A program made the translations under genes and the position numbers. DNA of 64,000 bases from Nitrospirota bacterium. Lineage in GTDB: Bacteria > Nitrospirota > UBA9217. The DNA lies in NCBI GenBank assembly GCA_963754875.1, contig CAVWHO010000013.1:128001-192000 (forward strand). The letters run 5' to 3'. Positions 10,592 to 21,352 of the stretch are shown here, piece by piece. Position 1 is the first letter of the stretch. The number at the start of each line of letters is the position of its first letter. The notes under the pieces were generated by a model. It did not search any database, was not told the DNA's origin, and worked only from the letters and a program-made list of their open reading frames with translations.

Positions 10592-11167
10592 TCAGTCCGG
10601 CTCCTTGCTATAATGCAGTGCAACCTTTCCCGATTTAAATTTTTTTGTAGTAAGCAGCTTCAGCTTATGCCTCTCCTTCACCTCTTTGAACAACGCTTTT
10701 CCTCCACCCAGAATGAGAGGGTTCACTATAAGATGATATTCATCGATCAAACCGAGATTGATGAACGTCGATACGAGGCCGGCGCCGCCCAAAAGCACCA
10801 TGCCCTTACCGGGCTGTTGTTTCATATTTTGAATTTCTTCAGCTATATGATCTTTAACGATCCTCGTGGTCTTCCATCCGACCTTTTCCAGGGTCTTTGA
10901 AAAAACGACCTTTTGCATTTTATCGGCAAGGCGCGCATATTCGATTTCGTTCCTGGTGCTGGACGGGTTCGTGGGAACGGAAAGCCAGTATTTTTCAAAC
11001 CCCGGATACATCACGCGTCCCAGCAACAAGGTATCTGCAGATTTCTGCAGATCGAAAACATCCTTCCACGTTTCTTCGTCCTCTTTCATTGCCCAATCCA
11101 GTTCCCCGTTGGGTCCTTCAATGAAGCCGTCTAATGTTATCTGTATGGCAAGAATTACTTTTCTCAT
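10592..11167 (-). CDS. Dihydrofolate reductase-like (RibD C-terminal) protein
   Basis: ITLDGFIEGP, LLLGRVMY, GLIDEYHL; paralog of 8845..9414. Confidence 0.9.
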   Translation of the reverse strand: MRKVILAIQITLDGFIEGPNGELDWAMKEDEETWKDVFDLQKSADTLLLGRVMYPGFEKYWLSVPTNPSSTRNEIEYARLADKMQKVVFSKTLEKVGWKTTRIVKDHIAEEIQNMKQQPGKGMVLLGGAGLVSTFINLGLIDEYHLIVNPLILGGGKALFKEVKERHKLKLLTTKKFKSGKVALHYSKEPD

Positions 11168-11248
11168 TCTCTGTTTTTCTTCATGTGCTTTCGGTAGGGC
11201 TCGTCCGGCCATGATGAGGTGATGGATGCTGAAAGATGCGACCAAAGT

Positions 11249-11270
11249 CCTCTCCCCGGAAGGGGAGAGG
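11249..11270. repeat. Solo CCTCTCCCC/GGGGAGAGG hairpin (same family as the DUF559 flanks)
   Basis: CCTCTCCCC-GGAA-GGGGAGAGG. Confidence 0.55.
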
Positions 11271-11541
11271 GTAATGGGACCAAATGAGCCCTCTATTACG
11301 ATTAGTTAAAGTGTACCACAATAAGTGGAGAGAGGACGACAAACAGGATCACGGGTTCCGGTCGTCGGCCACGCGCCCGATCTCGTTTCTGAAAAAAAAG
11401 CCGTGAGGCGAACAGACAGGGGACGGGCTTCACTCTCGTCTCACTTTATAGTGCGCTGTTCTGCATAGCGCTGGTTCGTTCGTGCCTTGCTCTTCAGCAT
11501 AGATGTTTCTGATGTCTGTCCTTCCTTGCCGCACTAGCAAT

Positions 11542-11572
11542 AAAAAAGCCGGCAGGAGTAGTTCTGCCGGCT
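11542..11572 (-). terminator. Intrinsic terminator after the cytochrome gene
   Basis: AGCCGGCAG/CTGCCGGCT stem followed by a T-run on the minus strand. Confidence 0.8.
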
Positions 11573-11595
11573 ATTAGTCTTACGATGAGATTATG

Positions 11596-12909
11596 TTATA
11601 CCCCGCCTTTTTCGATGCTCACTTTCTTCGTCACCTTCTGCCATGTGAACTGTCCACTTTCCTTGGTGCCGAAGGGCAGGTACATCAACTCCACATCCAC
11701 GGTCATGTCGTAATCAAGGACCTTCCGCACGACCTTATCGCCTTGTTTGACCTCTTCGACAGGGAAGAGGATCTCGAAGTTCTCGATGACCGGCTTGTTC
11801 GGCGGCAGGCTCGTATCGCGGAGGATGCCGCTTTTTTCATAGGGTCCGCGGCCCATCTTGTCGCCGCGGCCTAACTGTTGAGGTATGGGCATGTAAATCT
11901 TCGATTGTCTGAACAACTCGTTGCCTTTACTGTCTTTCGCGGTCACTTCCAGGACCAGCCGGTTGGGGGTTGGTCAGCCGTCCGGGATCGCGTGGCCCGC
12001 ACGGTTCAGCATCTCGACCTTGACCAGCGCCTGCGGCACCATGGTCGAGCCGTCACGCCACTGGTAGCCGAGCGTTTCGACCTTGAAGTCGACAGCTGCT
12101 TTGGCCATGCCGGGATCGCGGTAGCTCTGCATATTATGCCCGAGTTTGCTCTTCTTCATGTGGCATTCCTGGCACTTTTCCTGGCCGCCTTCGGCGCGGT
12201 AGGCCCAGAGGTAGCTCCCGTAAAGGGTGGCGCACTGTGAAGGATTTTCGAGTTCCAGGTTCGGTCCCAGGCCGTGGCACTGCCCGCAGAGGATGGATTC
12301 GTCCATGATCGGGCTCTTCTTCATCTTCGGATGAGCGGGATCGTCGTGGCTGCCGTCGCTGAAACCGTAGACCGTGTCTTTCTCCGGGAACCCGTCCACC
12401 CATTTGTGGGTGATGGCATTCCGCTGGTGGCAGATGAGGCAATTGATGTTCACCCTGGACAAGGTGGCGGCAGCCTTTTCGCGGTCGCTATCGCTTGTCT
12501 TGGGGTCCGAATAGATATAGGCATTCTTCACGATCTCCCTGGCCACGGCATCGGTCGCTTCGGCCAGCTGCGGAAGATGGCACTTGGCGCAGATCATGAG
12601 GTGCTTCACCTGCACGTCCTCCGGCTTCTTGACTCCCGAGTACTGCCAGCCCATGAGCCCGACGGCAACGGTCGTCTTGATGGTGGCCGCGGTCCTGCCG
12701 GTCCCGAAAATAGACCGCGAGTGGATCGATTGCTCCCATTCCCGGTAGATGCCCTCATGACAGCCCTTGCAGCCCGATGAATCGTACATGGTCGCCAGTT
12801 CGTCGATGGTCGTCGCTTTCATCGGTTCCGCTGCCTGAGATTGACAGATCGGCAGAGCAGCGGCAAGGAAGAGAACGGCGAGTACTGCAAATCTCCTGAA
12901 AACCTTCAT
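11596..12909 (-). CDS. extKL: Pentaheme c-type cytochrome selenoprotein, ExtKL-like (Sec at UGA 11974-11976)
   Basis: Signal peptide; five CXXCH (CKGCH, CAKCH, CLICH, CGQCH, CQECH); GHAIPDG-TGA-PTPNRLVLEV is in frame with ORF 11596..11946. Confidence 0.85.
11939..11959 (-). promoter_or_regulatory. Candidate bacterial SECIS element
   Basis: GC(U)GGUC-CU-GGA-AG(U)-GACC-GC hairpin beginning 14 nt after the UGA, with a G-initiated apical loop. Confidence 0.6.
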
Positions 12910-12990
12910 GTGCTGGACCTCCTTCTTTTGGAATTTAATGAATAGCGCAGGCGGAACGACAACATCTGAAATAAATTTTAATTATTAAAT

Positions 12991-13019
12991 AGTATATTAA
13001 CTATAATTTTGTATGTCAA
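12991..13019 (-). promoter_or_regulatory. Sigma-70 promoter of the cytochrome gene
   Basis: TTGACA-17 nt-TATACT. Confidence 0.75.
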
Positions 13020-13058
13020 TAAAAAATGATCCATTTCAAATAGTTACATATTGCCAAA

Positions 13059-14300
13059 TTATGCAGATTCGTGTTTTTTGAGTACGAGCGCGGCATTGAT
13101 GCCGCCGAAGCCGAGGGAGTTTGAGAGGGCAGCTTTGATCTTCTGTCTGCGTGGTTTATGCGGCACGTAGTCGAGGTCGCATTCCGGATCGGGGTGCTCC
13201 AGATTGGTCGTCGGAGGAATGATCCCCTGTGAAAGTGCAATTGCGGTAACGGCCGCTTCTACTGCGCCTGCAGCGCCGAGCATATGCCCGAGCATGGATT
13301 TCGATGAACTGACAGCGAGCTTTCGCGCATGCTCGTTGAAGGCTTTTTTTATTGCAAGCGTTTCTATTTTGTCATTCTGTATTGTAGACGTGCCGTGAGC
13401 GTTCAGGTAGTCGATTTCTTCAGGGCGCATGCCCGCGTCAACGAGCGCAAGCGTCATCGCCCGCGCGGACCCATCGCCATCGGGACCGGGCCTCGTAAAA
13501 TGATAGGCGTCCGATGACAGTCCGTAGCCTGCGAGTTCGGCATAAATCCCGGCGCCCCGTTTCTCGGCATGCCCCCGTTCTTCGAGGATGAGCACTCCGG
13601 CGCCTTCGGAAAGAACAAAGCCATCCCGTTGCCGGTCAAAGGGCCTGCTGGCCTTTTTCGGATCATCGTTCTGCAAGGACAACGCCTTTGCCCGGCTGAA
13701 GCCCGCAAGCATGAGCGGCGTGACTGCAGCCTCGGCGCCGCCGGCGATCATCACATCGGCGTCCCCGCGCTGGATGATCTTCATGGCCTCGCCCAATGCG
13801 TGCGTGCCCGTGGCACAGGCTGTCGAGACGTCGAGGCACGGACCTTTCGCGCCGAGTTTCATGGAAATGTACCCTGACGCCATGTTTACGAGCGACATGG
13901 GCGTGAAAAAGGGAGAGACCGCTTTCGGTCCATTGGTCCTGAGCGCGTCCATATTTTTCTCTGTCGTAGAAACGCCGCCGCGGCCCGAACCGACAAGTAC
14001 TCCTATGCGGAAGGCGGAATCCGGAATGGAAAGGGCGGAATCTTCGATAGCCATGAGTGCCGCAGCCAAGGCATACTGAATGAACGGGTCGGTCCTGTGT
14101 GCTTCCTTCGGGCTCATGAAGGCGAGCGGGTCGAACCCCCCGAGTTCCCCTGCGATCCGGCAGGAAAAGGCCGATGTGTCGAATCTGGTAACGCGGCGAA
14201 TGCCCGATGAACCCTTCAGCAACGCCCGCCACGTGGTCTCTGTTGTGTTGCCGAGCGGCGTAACCATGCCGACCCCAGTGATGACAACGCGTAGCTTCAT
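13059..14300 (-). CDS. fabF: Beta-ketoacyl-ACP synthase II
   Basis: [39 protein letters not shown]. Confidence 0.95.
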   Translation of the reverse strand: MKLRVVITGVGMVTPLGNTTETTWRALLKGSSGIRRVTRFDTSAFSCRIAGELGGFDPLAFMSPKEAHRTDPFIQYALAAALMAIEDSALSIPDSAFRIGVLVGSGRGGVSTTEKNMDALRTNGPKAVSPFFTPMSLVNMASGYISMKLGAKGPCLDVSTACATGTHALGEAMKIIQRGDADVMIAGGAEAAVTPLMLAGFSRAKALSLQNDDPKKASRPFDRQRDGFVLSEGAGVLILEERGHAEKRGAGIYAELAGYGLSSDAYHFTRPGPDGDGSARAMTLALVDAGMRPEEIDYLNAHGTSTIQNDKIETLAIKKAFNEHARKLAVSSSKSMLGHMLGAAGAVEAAVTAIALSQGIIPPTTNLEHPDPECDLDYVPHKPRRQKIKAALSNSLGFGGINAALVLKKHESA

Positions 14301-14307
14301 GCGGTGC

Positions 14308-14336
14308 AGTATAAGTTTTTTTCCCCTTTTTGTCAA
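14308..14336 (-). promoter_or_regulatory. Sigma-70 promoter of fabF
   Basis: TTGACA-17 nt-TATACT, 7 nt before the ATG. Confidence 0.75.
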
Positions 14337-14352
14337 AATACAGCAGGGGCTC

Positions 14353-15659
14353 CGAATTGACTCACAATAAATGTTACCCAAGCGCATTTTGAAAAGTATC
14401 GTTGACTCATAATGCATGTTACCGGAACTATACCCCAAAAGGAGGGTTAGTTCTGATGAGCCCACGATCAAAACGAGAGTATCTGGCCGCAATCGTTAAA
14501 CGGTACCGGGCCGCCTCCCGGCAGATAAAGACAACGATCCTGAACGAGTTCTGTTTAGCCTGCGGATATCACCGAAAACATGCTCTCAGGCTTCTGCGGA
14601 CCTTTCGGCGATTTACTCAAAAGGTTCCGGCTAAGCGAGGCAGAAAACGGGTCTATGACGCTGAAACGCTTCTACTTCCCTTGAAACGCATCTGGAAGAC
14701 AGCAAATCTGCCATGCTCAAAGCGCCTGAAAGCCATCCTCCCTGAATGGCTGCCGGGATATATCAAGACCTATGGCCCGATCTCTGAGGTGACGGCAGTG
14801 GCCCTGCTCAAAATATCTCCTTCGAGCATCGATAGGATATTGAACCCGGTCCGTGCACAGTATACCAAGCACGGCAGGGCCACAACCAAACCGGGTACGC
14901 TTTTAAGAAAGCATATCCAGGTCAAAACCAATCAATGGGATGAATCCCGGCCAGGCTTCATCGAAGCCGATACTGTAGCCCACTGCGGAAGCTCTACAGA
15001 GGGTATGTACGCCAATACCGTCGATTGCGTGGACATCGCCACCGGCTGGACCGAGCAGCGCGCTGTTTGGGGCAAAAACTATCAGGGTGTCATTGACCAG
15101 ATCAAGGATATCGAACAATCCCTGCCGTTCCCGATCCTGGGCTTTGATACGGACAACGGTACGGAGTTCTTAAACCATCACCTGCTTCGTTATCTGACCG
15201 AGAACAGGGTCCGGCCGGTTCAATTTACCCGAAGCCGTGCCTACAAAAAAGACGATAACGCTCATATCGAGCAGAAGAACTGGACCCATGTGAGACAATG
15301 GATTGGCTACGATCGCTTGGGCTCTCCGGAGGTTGTTCCTCTCATGAATGAGCTCTACACATCAGAGTGGAGGCTGTTTCTGAACTTCTTCTGTCCTTCG
15401 GTAAAGCTGCTGGAAAAGAAACGAGTTGCCTCAAAGATCGTGAAACGCTATGATAAGCCCAAAACCCCTTATCGGAGAATCTTGGAGTCTCCCAATGTCT
15501 CCGATGAAACAAAGCGTAAACTCAAAGAACAATATAAAACGCTAAACCCATTTGAACTGAGAAAAGTCTTGGAGGTTAAGCTTAAAAAGATCTTCAAACC
15601 GTAAAACTGAACCTATACCTACTTACTATCTTCCGGTAACATTTAATTATGAAGCAACT
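14353..15659 (+). mobile_element. Insertion sequence (rve/DDE transposase; family not assigned)
   Basis: Imperfect inverted repeats GTTGACTCATAATGCATGTTACCGGAA (14401-14427) and TTCCGGTAACATTTAATTATGAAGCAAC (15631-15658); flanking direct repeat GGGGCTC. Confidence 0.8.
14456..15604 (+). CDS. DDE-type integrase/transposase
   Basis: N-terminal HTH ([11 protein letters not shown]), [39 protein letters not shown] upstream. Confidence 0.9.
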   Translation: MSPRSKREYLAAIVKRYRAASRQIKTTILNEFCLACGYHRKHALRLLRTFRRFTQKVPAKRGRKRVYDAETLLLPLKRIWKTANLPCSKRLKAILPEWLPGYIKTYGPISEVTAVALLKISPSSIDRILNPVRAQYTKHGRATTKPGTLLRKHIQVKTNQWDESRPGFIEADTVAHCGSSTEGMYANTVDCVDIATGWTEQRAVWGKNYQGVIDQIKDIEQSLPFPILGFDTDNGTEFLNHHLLRYLTENRVRPVQFTRSRAYKKDDNAHIEQKNWTHVRQWIGYDRLGSPEVVPLMNELYTSEWRLFLNFFCPSVKLLEKKRVASKIVKRYDKPKTPYRRILESPNVSDETKRKLKEQYKTLNPFELRKVLEVKLKKIFKP

Positions 15660-15842
15660 GGGGCTCGTTGCGGACGGTATTGCAATGCGTTTTAACCGTG
15701 CTCCAGAAGCTTCGCATGACAATGGAAAAGGACACTTTTGCTCTTCTTTGTCCACTGCGGGATGGAATCAGTTTGACAATACAGCCAATTATGCTATAGT
15801 TTAACCGTAGACACGCATTCAACTGGGAAAGGGGGATTTGAG

Positions 15843-16838
15843 ATGACAAAATCCGAATTAACAGCAATGACTGTGGCTGAACTCAAAGCCCTGGCCAAGA
15901 AGAAGAAAGTGTCCCTGTCTTCACGCGGTACGAAGGCCGATATTATTACGGCGCTCCTGGCAGCGGAAAGGAGCAAGAAGACCGCAGTAAAGGAAGCACG
16001 AGCAACAACGAAGCGAACGGAAAAGAACGTAACGACGGCTGCGAAGCATGCGGTTCAGAGAGCGGTGCGGCCGGAGGTATCTGCGGCGACCAAAGAGCCC
16101 GCCGTGATAGAACCGGCAGCCGCGATCCAGCGGCGTCCTGCTGCGGGTGGATCGACAAATGTGACCGTCCCGAAACAGGAATGGAAACTTCCCCCGGCTG
16201 CTGAAGAACCGTTGTTGGCGCAGGAGCGTGTGTCGGAATCCAAATATTATACGGGGCCTGCCACGCGGGAGCTCATGCCGGCACACGGCGAGCTGCCGAA
16301 GGGCTACGGAGAAGACAAAATCGTACTCATGATGCGCGATCCGTTCGTCGCTTATGCTTACTGGGAATCAGCGCCCGCGCGTATCGAGCGGGAGAGGGCA
16401 TGGTTCGGCTGGAGCAGCAAACTTTGCCTCCGCATTTACGACGTGACCGGCGTCCGGTTCGACGGCCGGAACGCCATTGGGTATTTTGACCAGGAAATTT
16501 CTGACCGGACCGGAAGCTGGTATTTCGACCTCGGCAGGCCGAGTCATTCGTTCTGCGCGGACCTGGGGCTGCTCTCTCCGGAAGGACGGTTCCTGACGCT
16601 CGCTCGGTCGAATTATATCACCATGCCGCTTGACACGGTGTCCGACGTGATCGACGAAGAGTGGATGCTCGTCGACGAGGAGTTTTGGAAGCTCTACGGC
16701 TATCCGGAGGGAATGCGCGGCGGTTTGTCGTCGCCGCAGATGCTGGAGTTGGCGCGGCGTCGGCGACTGCTCGAGATCTCTTCGCCCGGTTTGTTTCCCC
16801 GTGAGAAGCAGAAGCGGAAACAGAAGCAGAAGTCCTGA
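15843..16838 (+). CDS. DUF4912 domain protein with Rho_N-like N-terminus
   Basis: MTVAELKALAKKKKV...KADII; ELPKGYGEDKIVLMMRDP...YAYW; LARSN; upstream of GH57 as is typical. Confidence 0.85.
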   Translation: MTKSELTAMTVAELKALAKKKKVSLSSRGTKADIITALLAAERSKKTAVKEARATTKRTEKNVTTAAKHAVQRAVRPEVSAATKEPAVIEPAAAIQRRPAAGGSTNVTVPKQEWKLPPAAEEPLLAQERVSESKYYTGPATRELMPAHGELPKGYGEDKIVLMMRDPFVAYAYWESAPARIERERAWFGWSSKLCLRIYDVTGVRFDGRNAIGYFDQEISDRTGSWYFDLGRPSHSFCADLGLLSPEGRFLTLARSNYITMPLDTVSDVIDEEWMLVDEEFWKLYGYPEGMRGGLSSPQMLELARRRRLLEISSPGLFPREKQKRKQKQKS

Positions 16839-16889
16839 TCCCGGCGGACCTGTCGGGGAGACAATGGATCCAATACTGAACCGAGCTTG

Positions 16890-16923
16890 AAAGTCCATCC
16901 GAATATGGGTGGACTTTTCTTTT
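16890..16923 (+). terminator. Putative intrinsic terminator
   Basis: AAAGTCCATCC-GAATAT-GGGTGGACTTTT followed by CTTTT. Confidence 0.6.
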
Positions 16924-17110
16924 GTCTGTTCTGAAACGTAAGTGGCTTAGGCCAATCCTCTTCGCTCCCTCCTCCAGGGGGGCGGTGATGAGGCGACCGT
17001 GATAACAGGCTCTCTTGGGTCTTCAGGGCAGAGAAGGCGAATGCATGGTAAAAAAGAAAGTTCCTGTTGTTCGCGTGGGCAGGAAAAAAAACAAGAACAA
17101 GGAAAACAGG

Positions 17111-18692
17111 ATGGAAAAAGGCTATCTGGCTCTGGTTCTTCACTGTCATTTGCCCTATGTGCGGCATCCCGAGCACGACCGGTTCCTCGAAGAAGACTGG
17201 CTCTATGAGGCGATCACGGAAACCTACATCCCGCTCATCAACGTTTTCGAAGGGCTTGTCAACGACGGCGTCGACTTTCGCCTCACCATGAGCCTGACCC
17301 CTACGCTCATTTCCATGCTCACCGATCCGCTGCTCCAGCAGCGCTATCTCCGGCACATCACCCGGTTGATCGAACTTGCGGAGAAGGAGATCGTGCGCAC
17401 GAAGAACGAACCGGAATTCAACTCCCTGGCACGCATGTACTTCGACCTGTTTCGCAAGGCACGCTACGTGTTCGAAGAAAAATACGAACGGAACCTGGTG
17501 AACGCTTTCCGCGTGTTCCAGGACCTGGGCAAGCTCGAGATCGTTACCTGCGGCGCCACGCACGGGTTTCTGCCGCTCCTGAAGAACGAAAAGGCAGTCC
17601 GGGCGCAGATCAAGGTCGCTGTCGAGCTCCATACAAAACATCTCGGCAGGCCGCCGAAAGGCATCTGGCTGCCTGAGTGCGGTTACTACGAAGGGCTGGA
17701 CGAGATCCTCGGCGAAGCAGGTCTCCGTCTATTTTTTTACGGACTCCCACGGGATTTTTCACGCGACGCCGCGGCCCAAGTACGGCGTGTACGCGCCGAT
17801 TTATTGCCGCTCCGGCGTTGCCGCCTTTGGCAGGGACATCGAGTCGTCCAAGCAGGTCTGGAGCTCTGTTGAAGGATATCCCGGCGACTATAATTACCGC
17901 GACTTCTACCGCGACGTCGGTTTTGACCTGGACTTCGACTATGTCAAACCCTACCTGCATCCCGACGGCATCCGCGTGAACCTCGGGATCAAGTATTATA
18001 AGATCACCGGCGACACGAACTGCAAGGAACCGTACAACCGTCAATGGGCGCTCGAGCGGGCGGCAGTGCATGCAGGCAATTTCCTGTTCAACCGCGAGAA
18101 GCAGGTTGAATGGCTCGCCGGCGCGTTTCAGGACCGAAAGCCCCTTATCGTCGCCCCCTACGACGCGGAGCTGTACGGCCACTGGTGGTTCGAAGGACCG
18201 GACTGGATCAACTACCTGGTCCGGAAGACCGTCTACGACCAGAAAACGGTGCGCCTGATCACGCCGTCCGAGTATCTGCAGGAAAACCCCAAGTGCCAGA
18301 TCGCGACGCCGTCCGCGTCCAGCTGGGGTTACAAAGGCTACTCCGAAGTCTGGCTCAACGGCGCCAACGACTGGATCTACCGGCATCTCCACAAGGCCGC
18401 GGACCGGATGATCGAGCTTGCGCAACTTTATCCCCAGGCCGACGGCTTGCAGCAGCGGGCGCTGAACCAGGCTGCACGGGAACTGCTCCTCGCGCAGAGC
18501 TCGGACTGGGCCTTCATCATGAAGACCGGCAGTCACGAGGAATACGCCGAGCGGAGGACAAAGGAACATCTGCGTCGGTTTACGAAGCTTTTCGAAGATA
18601 TCAAGACGAATCATATTGACGAGACGTGGCTCGACGATTTAGAATATCGCGATAATATATTTCCCGATATCGACTATCGAGTGTATGCTTAA
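17111..18692 (+). CDS. GH57 1,4-alpha-glucan branching enzyme (DUF1957), +1 indel near 17728
   Basis: HCHLPYVRHP, THGFLPL, GIWLPECGY, PYDAELYGHWWFEGP, QSSDW, spread across two frames. Confidence 0.9.
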
Positions 18693-20065
18693 ACCCTCCG
18701 TTCTGAAAAAAGCTCAAAACAATCGTCGGTAATGACCACCTGTTCACTGTGCCCGAAGAACTGGTCGCCTATTCCTACGACGCCACGCAGCGGGAAGCGC
18801 TGCCCTGGGCCGTCGCGCGTCCGGCAGTCGGCCGCATGAAGTTTCCCGGGTCCTTGTGCTCGCGAACCAGGAGGGGTTCCCCGTGGTCCCCCGCGGTGCG
18901 GGGACCGGCATGTCCGGCGGATCGGTGCCGGTCGCAGGGCGGCGTCGTCCTCTCCCTCGAGCGCATGAAGCGCATCATCGAGATCGACGAGGAAAACATG
19001 GTCGCCGTGGTGGAGCCGGGCGTCGTGACCGGAGACCTGCAGCGCGAGGTCGAGTCGCGGGGGCTCTTCTACCCCCCTGATCCGGCAAGCCACCAGTTCT
19101 GCACCATGGGCGGAAACGTCGCGGAGTGCGCGGGCGGGCTCCGCGCCGTGAAGTACGGCGTGACGAAGGACTACGTGCTCGGCCTGGAGGTGGTGCTGCC
19201 GACGGGCGAGCTCATCACGACGGGTACGCGGACGGCCAAAAGCGTTGCAGGCTACGATCTTACGAAACTGATCGTCGGGTCCGAGGGCACGCTCGGCGTT
19301 GTTACGAAAATCATCGTGAAGCTTCTGCCGCTGCCTGAAAGCGTGCGTACCCTGGCGGCATTTTTCCCGAGCGTCGACGATGCCGCCCGGGCCGCTTCGA
19401 AGATCCTGACGAGCAGGATATTGCCGCGGGCCCTCGAATTCATCGACCATGCCGCGCTTCGGGCTGTGGAGAGCTATCTGAAAGAAGACCTGTCCCAGGG
19501 TGCCATGGCCATGCTCATAGTCGAGGTGGATGGACCGGCGGAAACCACCGTGCGCGAGAGCAGCAGGATCGCCGATATTATGGCCGCGTGCGGGGCCACA
19601 GGGGTGAACAGTGCGGATTCCGCTCCCGAGCGGGAACAGCTTTGGAGGGCCCGGCGCGCGATATCCCCGGCGCTTTACACGATTAAGCCGAAAAAGGTGA
19701 ACGAGGACATCGTGGTGCCGCGGAGCAGGATCCCCGATATTCTGCGCGAGGTCAACGATATCGCGAAACGACACGGCATTCTGATCGTGAACTTCGGCCA
19801 TGCAGGCGACGGCAACATCCATACGAACATCATGATCGACGAGGCGGACATGCCGAAGGCCGAGGAAGCAGCGAAGGAAATCTTCGCTGCTGCGCTTCGC
19901 CTGGGGGGGAGCATTACCGGCGAGCACGGGGTCGGCATCTCCAAGGCCCCCTATCTTCCGATGGAACTGAAGCCTGATGCGCTCACCGCAATGAAGCGCA
20001 TCAAACGGGCACTGGACCCGAACAATATATTGAACCCGGGGAAGATTTTTCTGAATGCGGAATAG
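18685..20065 (+). CDS. glcD: FAD-linked oxidase (glycolate oxidase GlcD-like), with indels at about 18710 and 18826-18935
   Basis: YPPDPAS, GSEGTLGV, GHAGDGNIH, GEHGVG, DPNNILNPGK; PRGAGTGMSGG lies in an alternate frame. Confidence 0.8.
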
Positions 20066-20717
20066 AAAACAAAAAATACTGCACTGGACGAAAGCGGGCA
20101 TCATCGCTGTTTTTGCTTTCACGACGCAGTTCTCTCCATCAGCCTGGGCCGGGGATGCACCTTCGCCGCCGTCGATCAAAGAGCTCCGAAGCCAAGTCGC
20201 GGCGCTGCAGCAGCAGGCGGCTGAGCTTGAGGAAGAGAACCAAGGGCTCCGCAAGATCCTCGCTACGCAGGAAGACGGACAAATGTATATTGTCGTAGAC
20301 ACTGAGGGCAACCGGCTGATGCTGCGACAGGGGAATGCGGTGCTCCATACGGCCGTATGCGGCACCGGCAGCCATCAGTTCATTGAATCTGAGACCGGTA
20401 CGAACTGGTATTTCGAAACACCCATGGGTTCGTTCACGGTCCTCGGGAAAGAGCGGAACCCGGTTTGGATACGGCCGGACTGGTCCTATGTGGAGGAAAA
20501 TATGCCGGTGCCCGGAGAGCATGATCCCGACCGCCTGGTGCGCGGCGTGCTCGGAAAATACGCGCTGCTCCTCGGGAACGGATATAAAATTCACGGTACG
20601 AAGTGGACCAACCTTCTGGGGACCCATTTCACGCACGGGTGCATCTCGCTCGGTGATGACGATCTTGAGGTCGTTTACAAGTCTGCACAGATCGGGACGA
20701 AAGTATATCTCTATTAG
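20055..20717 (+). CDS. L,D-transpeptidase (YkuD) with signal peptide and coiled coil
   Basis: ETPMG, NPVWIRPDW, catalytic IHGT...THGCI. Confidence 0.9.
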   Translation: MRNRKQKILHWTKAGIIAVFAFTTQFSPSAWAGDAPSPPSIKELRSQVAALQQQAAELEEENQGLRKILATQEDGQMYIVVDTEGNRLMLRQGNAVLHTAVCGTGSHQFIESETGTNWYFETPMGSFTVLGKERNPVWIRPDWSYVEENMPVPGEHDPDRLVRGVLGKYALLLGNGYKIHGTKWTNLLGTHFTHGCISLGDDDLEVVYKSAQIGTKVYLY

Positions 20718-20730
20718 CAGGGGTTCTTCA

Positions 20731-21255
20731 GTGAAAAGCTGTCTCATAAAAATTCAGGTGCTGTGCTTGGTCCTGTGTTCCCTCGTCCTCATGGGTGCGG
20801 ACGGAGGGGATCGTGCCCGTGTTGAACGCGCCCAGCTCGAAACGAAAACGTCGTCGTTGCAGAGAAAAATAGCGCTACTCAAGCGCGAGGAGGACTTTCT
20901 TCTTTTTCAGAAAGCGATGTACAACACGGACTCGAAATACCTCATCATCAACATCGCGAAACGCACGGCACAGCTCAAGTACAAAAACAGGGTGCTTCAG
21001 GACTTTCGTTTCAAAGAGGCGAAAAAAAACCATGGCCGCGGGTTCCCGACGGGAATGCTGGTGCTGACGAAAAAAGAAGAAGGGAAGAACGACCAATACG
21101 CACTGGTCTTTGGAACAGCTCTTGTCATGCAGTGGCAGCGAAGCGCCGTCCCGACGCAGGAGGCGGGCATCCCTGTTATGTCCCTCCCCAAAAAGGAAAT
21201 GCTGTCCGTCTATTATGCCGTTGAGAAGGGCGCGCTCGCGTACGTCATCCGCTGA
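20731..21255 (+). CDS. Degenerate (non-catalytic) L,D-transpeptidase-like protein
   Basis: Collinear by eye with the upstream LDT (YLIIN, PTG..LTKKE, YALVFG, MSL...VY) but lacks the His and Cys. Confidence 0.55.
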   Translation: MKSCLIKIQVLCLVLCSLVLMGADGGDRARVERAQLETKTSSLQRKIALLKREEDFLLFQKAMYNTDSKYLIINIAKRTAQLKYKNRVLQDFRFKEAKKNHGRGFPTGMLVLTKKEEGKNDQYALVFGTALVMQWQRSAVPTQEAGIPVMSLPKKEMLSVYYAVEKGALAYVIR

Positions 21256-21318
21256 CGCCCGATGTTTTGTTTTTCTCATCCTGAAGGCGGCAGTCCGGGC
21301 CCACCGGGCACTTTCAGG

Positions 21319-21346
21319 TTGACTCAGACCTAATTCACGGTATAAT
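21319..21346 (+). promoter_or_regulatory. Sigma-70 promoter of the HD-domain gene
   Basis: TTGACT-16 nt-TATAAT, 6 nt before the ATG. Confidence 0.7.
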
Positions 21347-21352
21347 CATTCC

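Noticed and set aside
16925..17105. Possible riboswitch or leader RNA before the GH57 gene
   Set aside because: GC-rich patches are present but there is no recognisable aptamer consensus.
18689..20365. 558-aa minus-strand ORF and other long antisense ORFs (e.g. 39633..40643, 35987..36805)
   Set aside because: Shadow ORFs opposite well-supported GC-rich genes, with no motifs.
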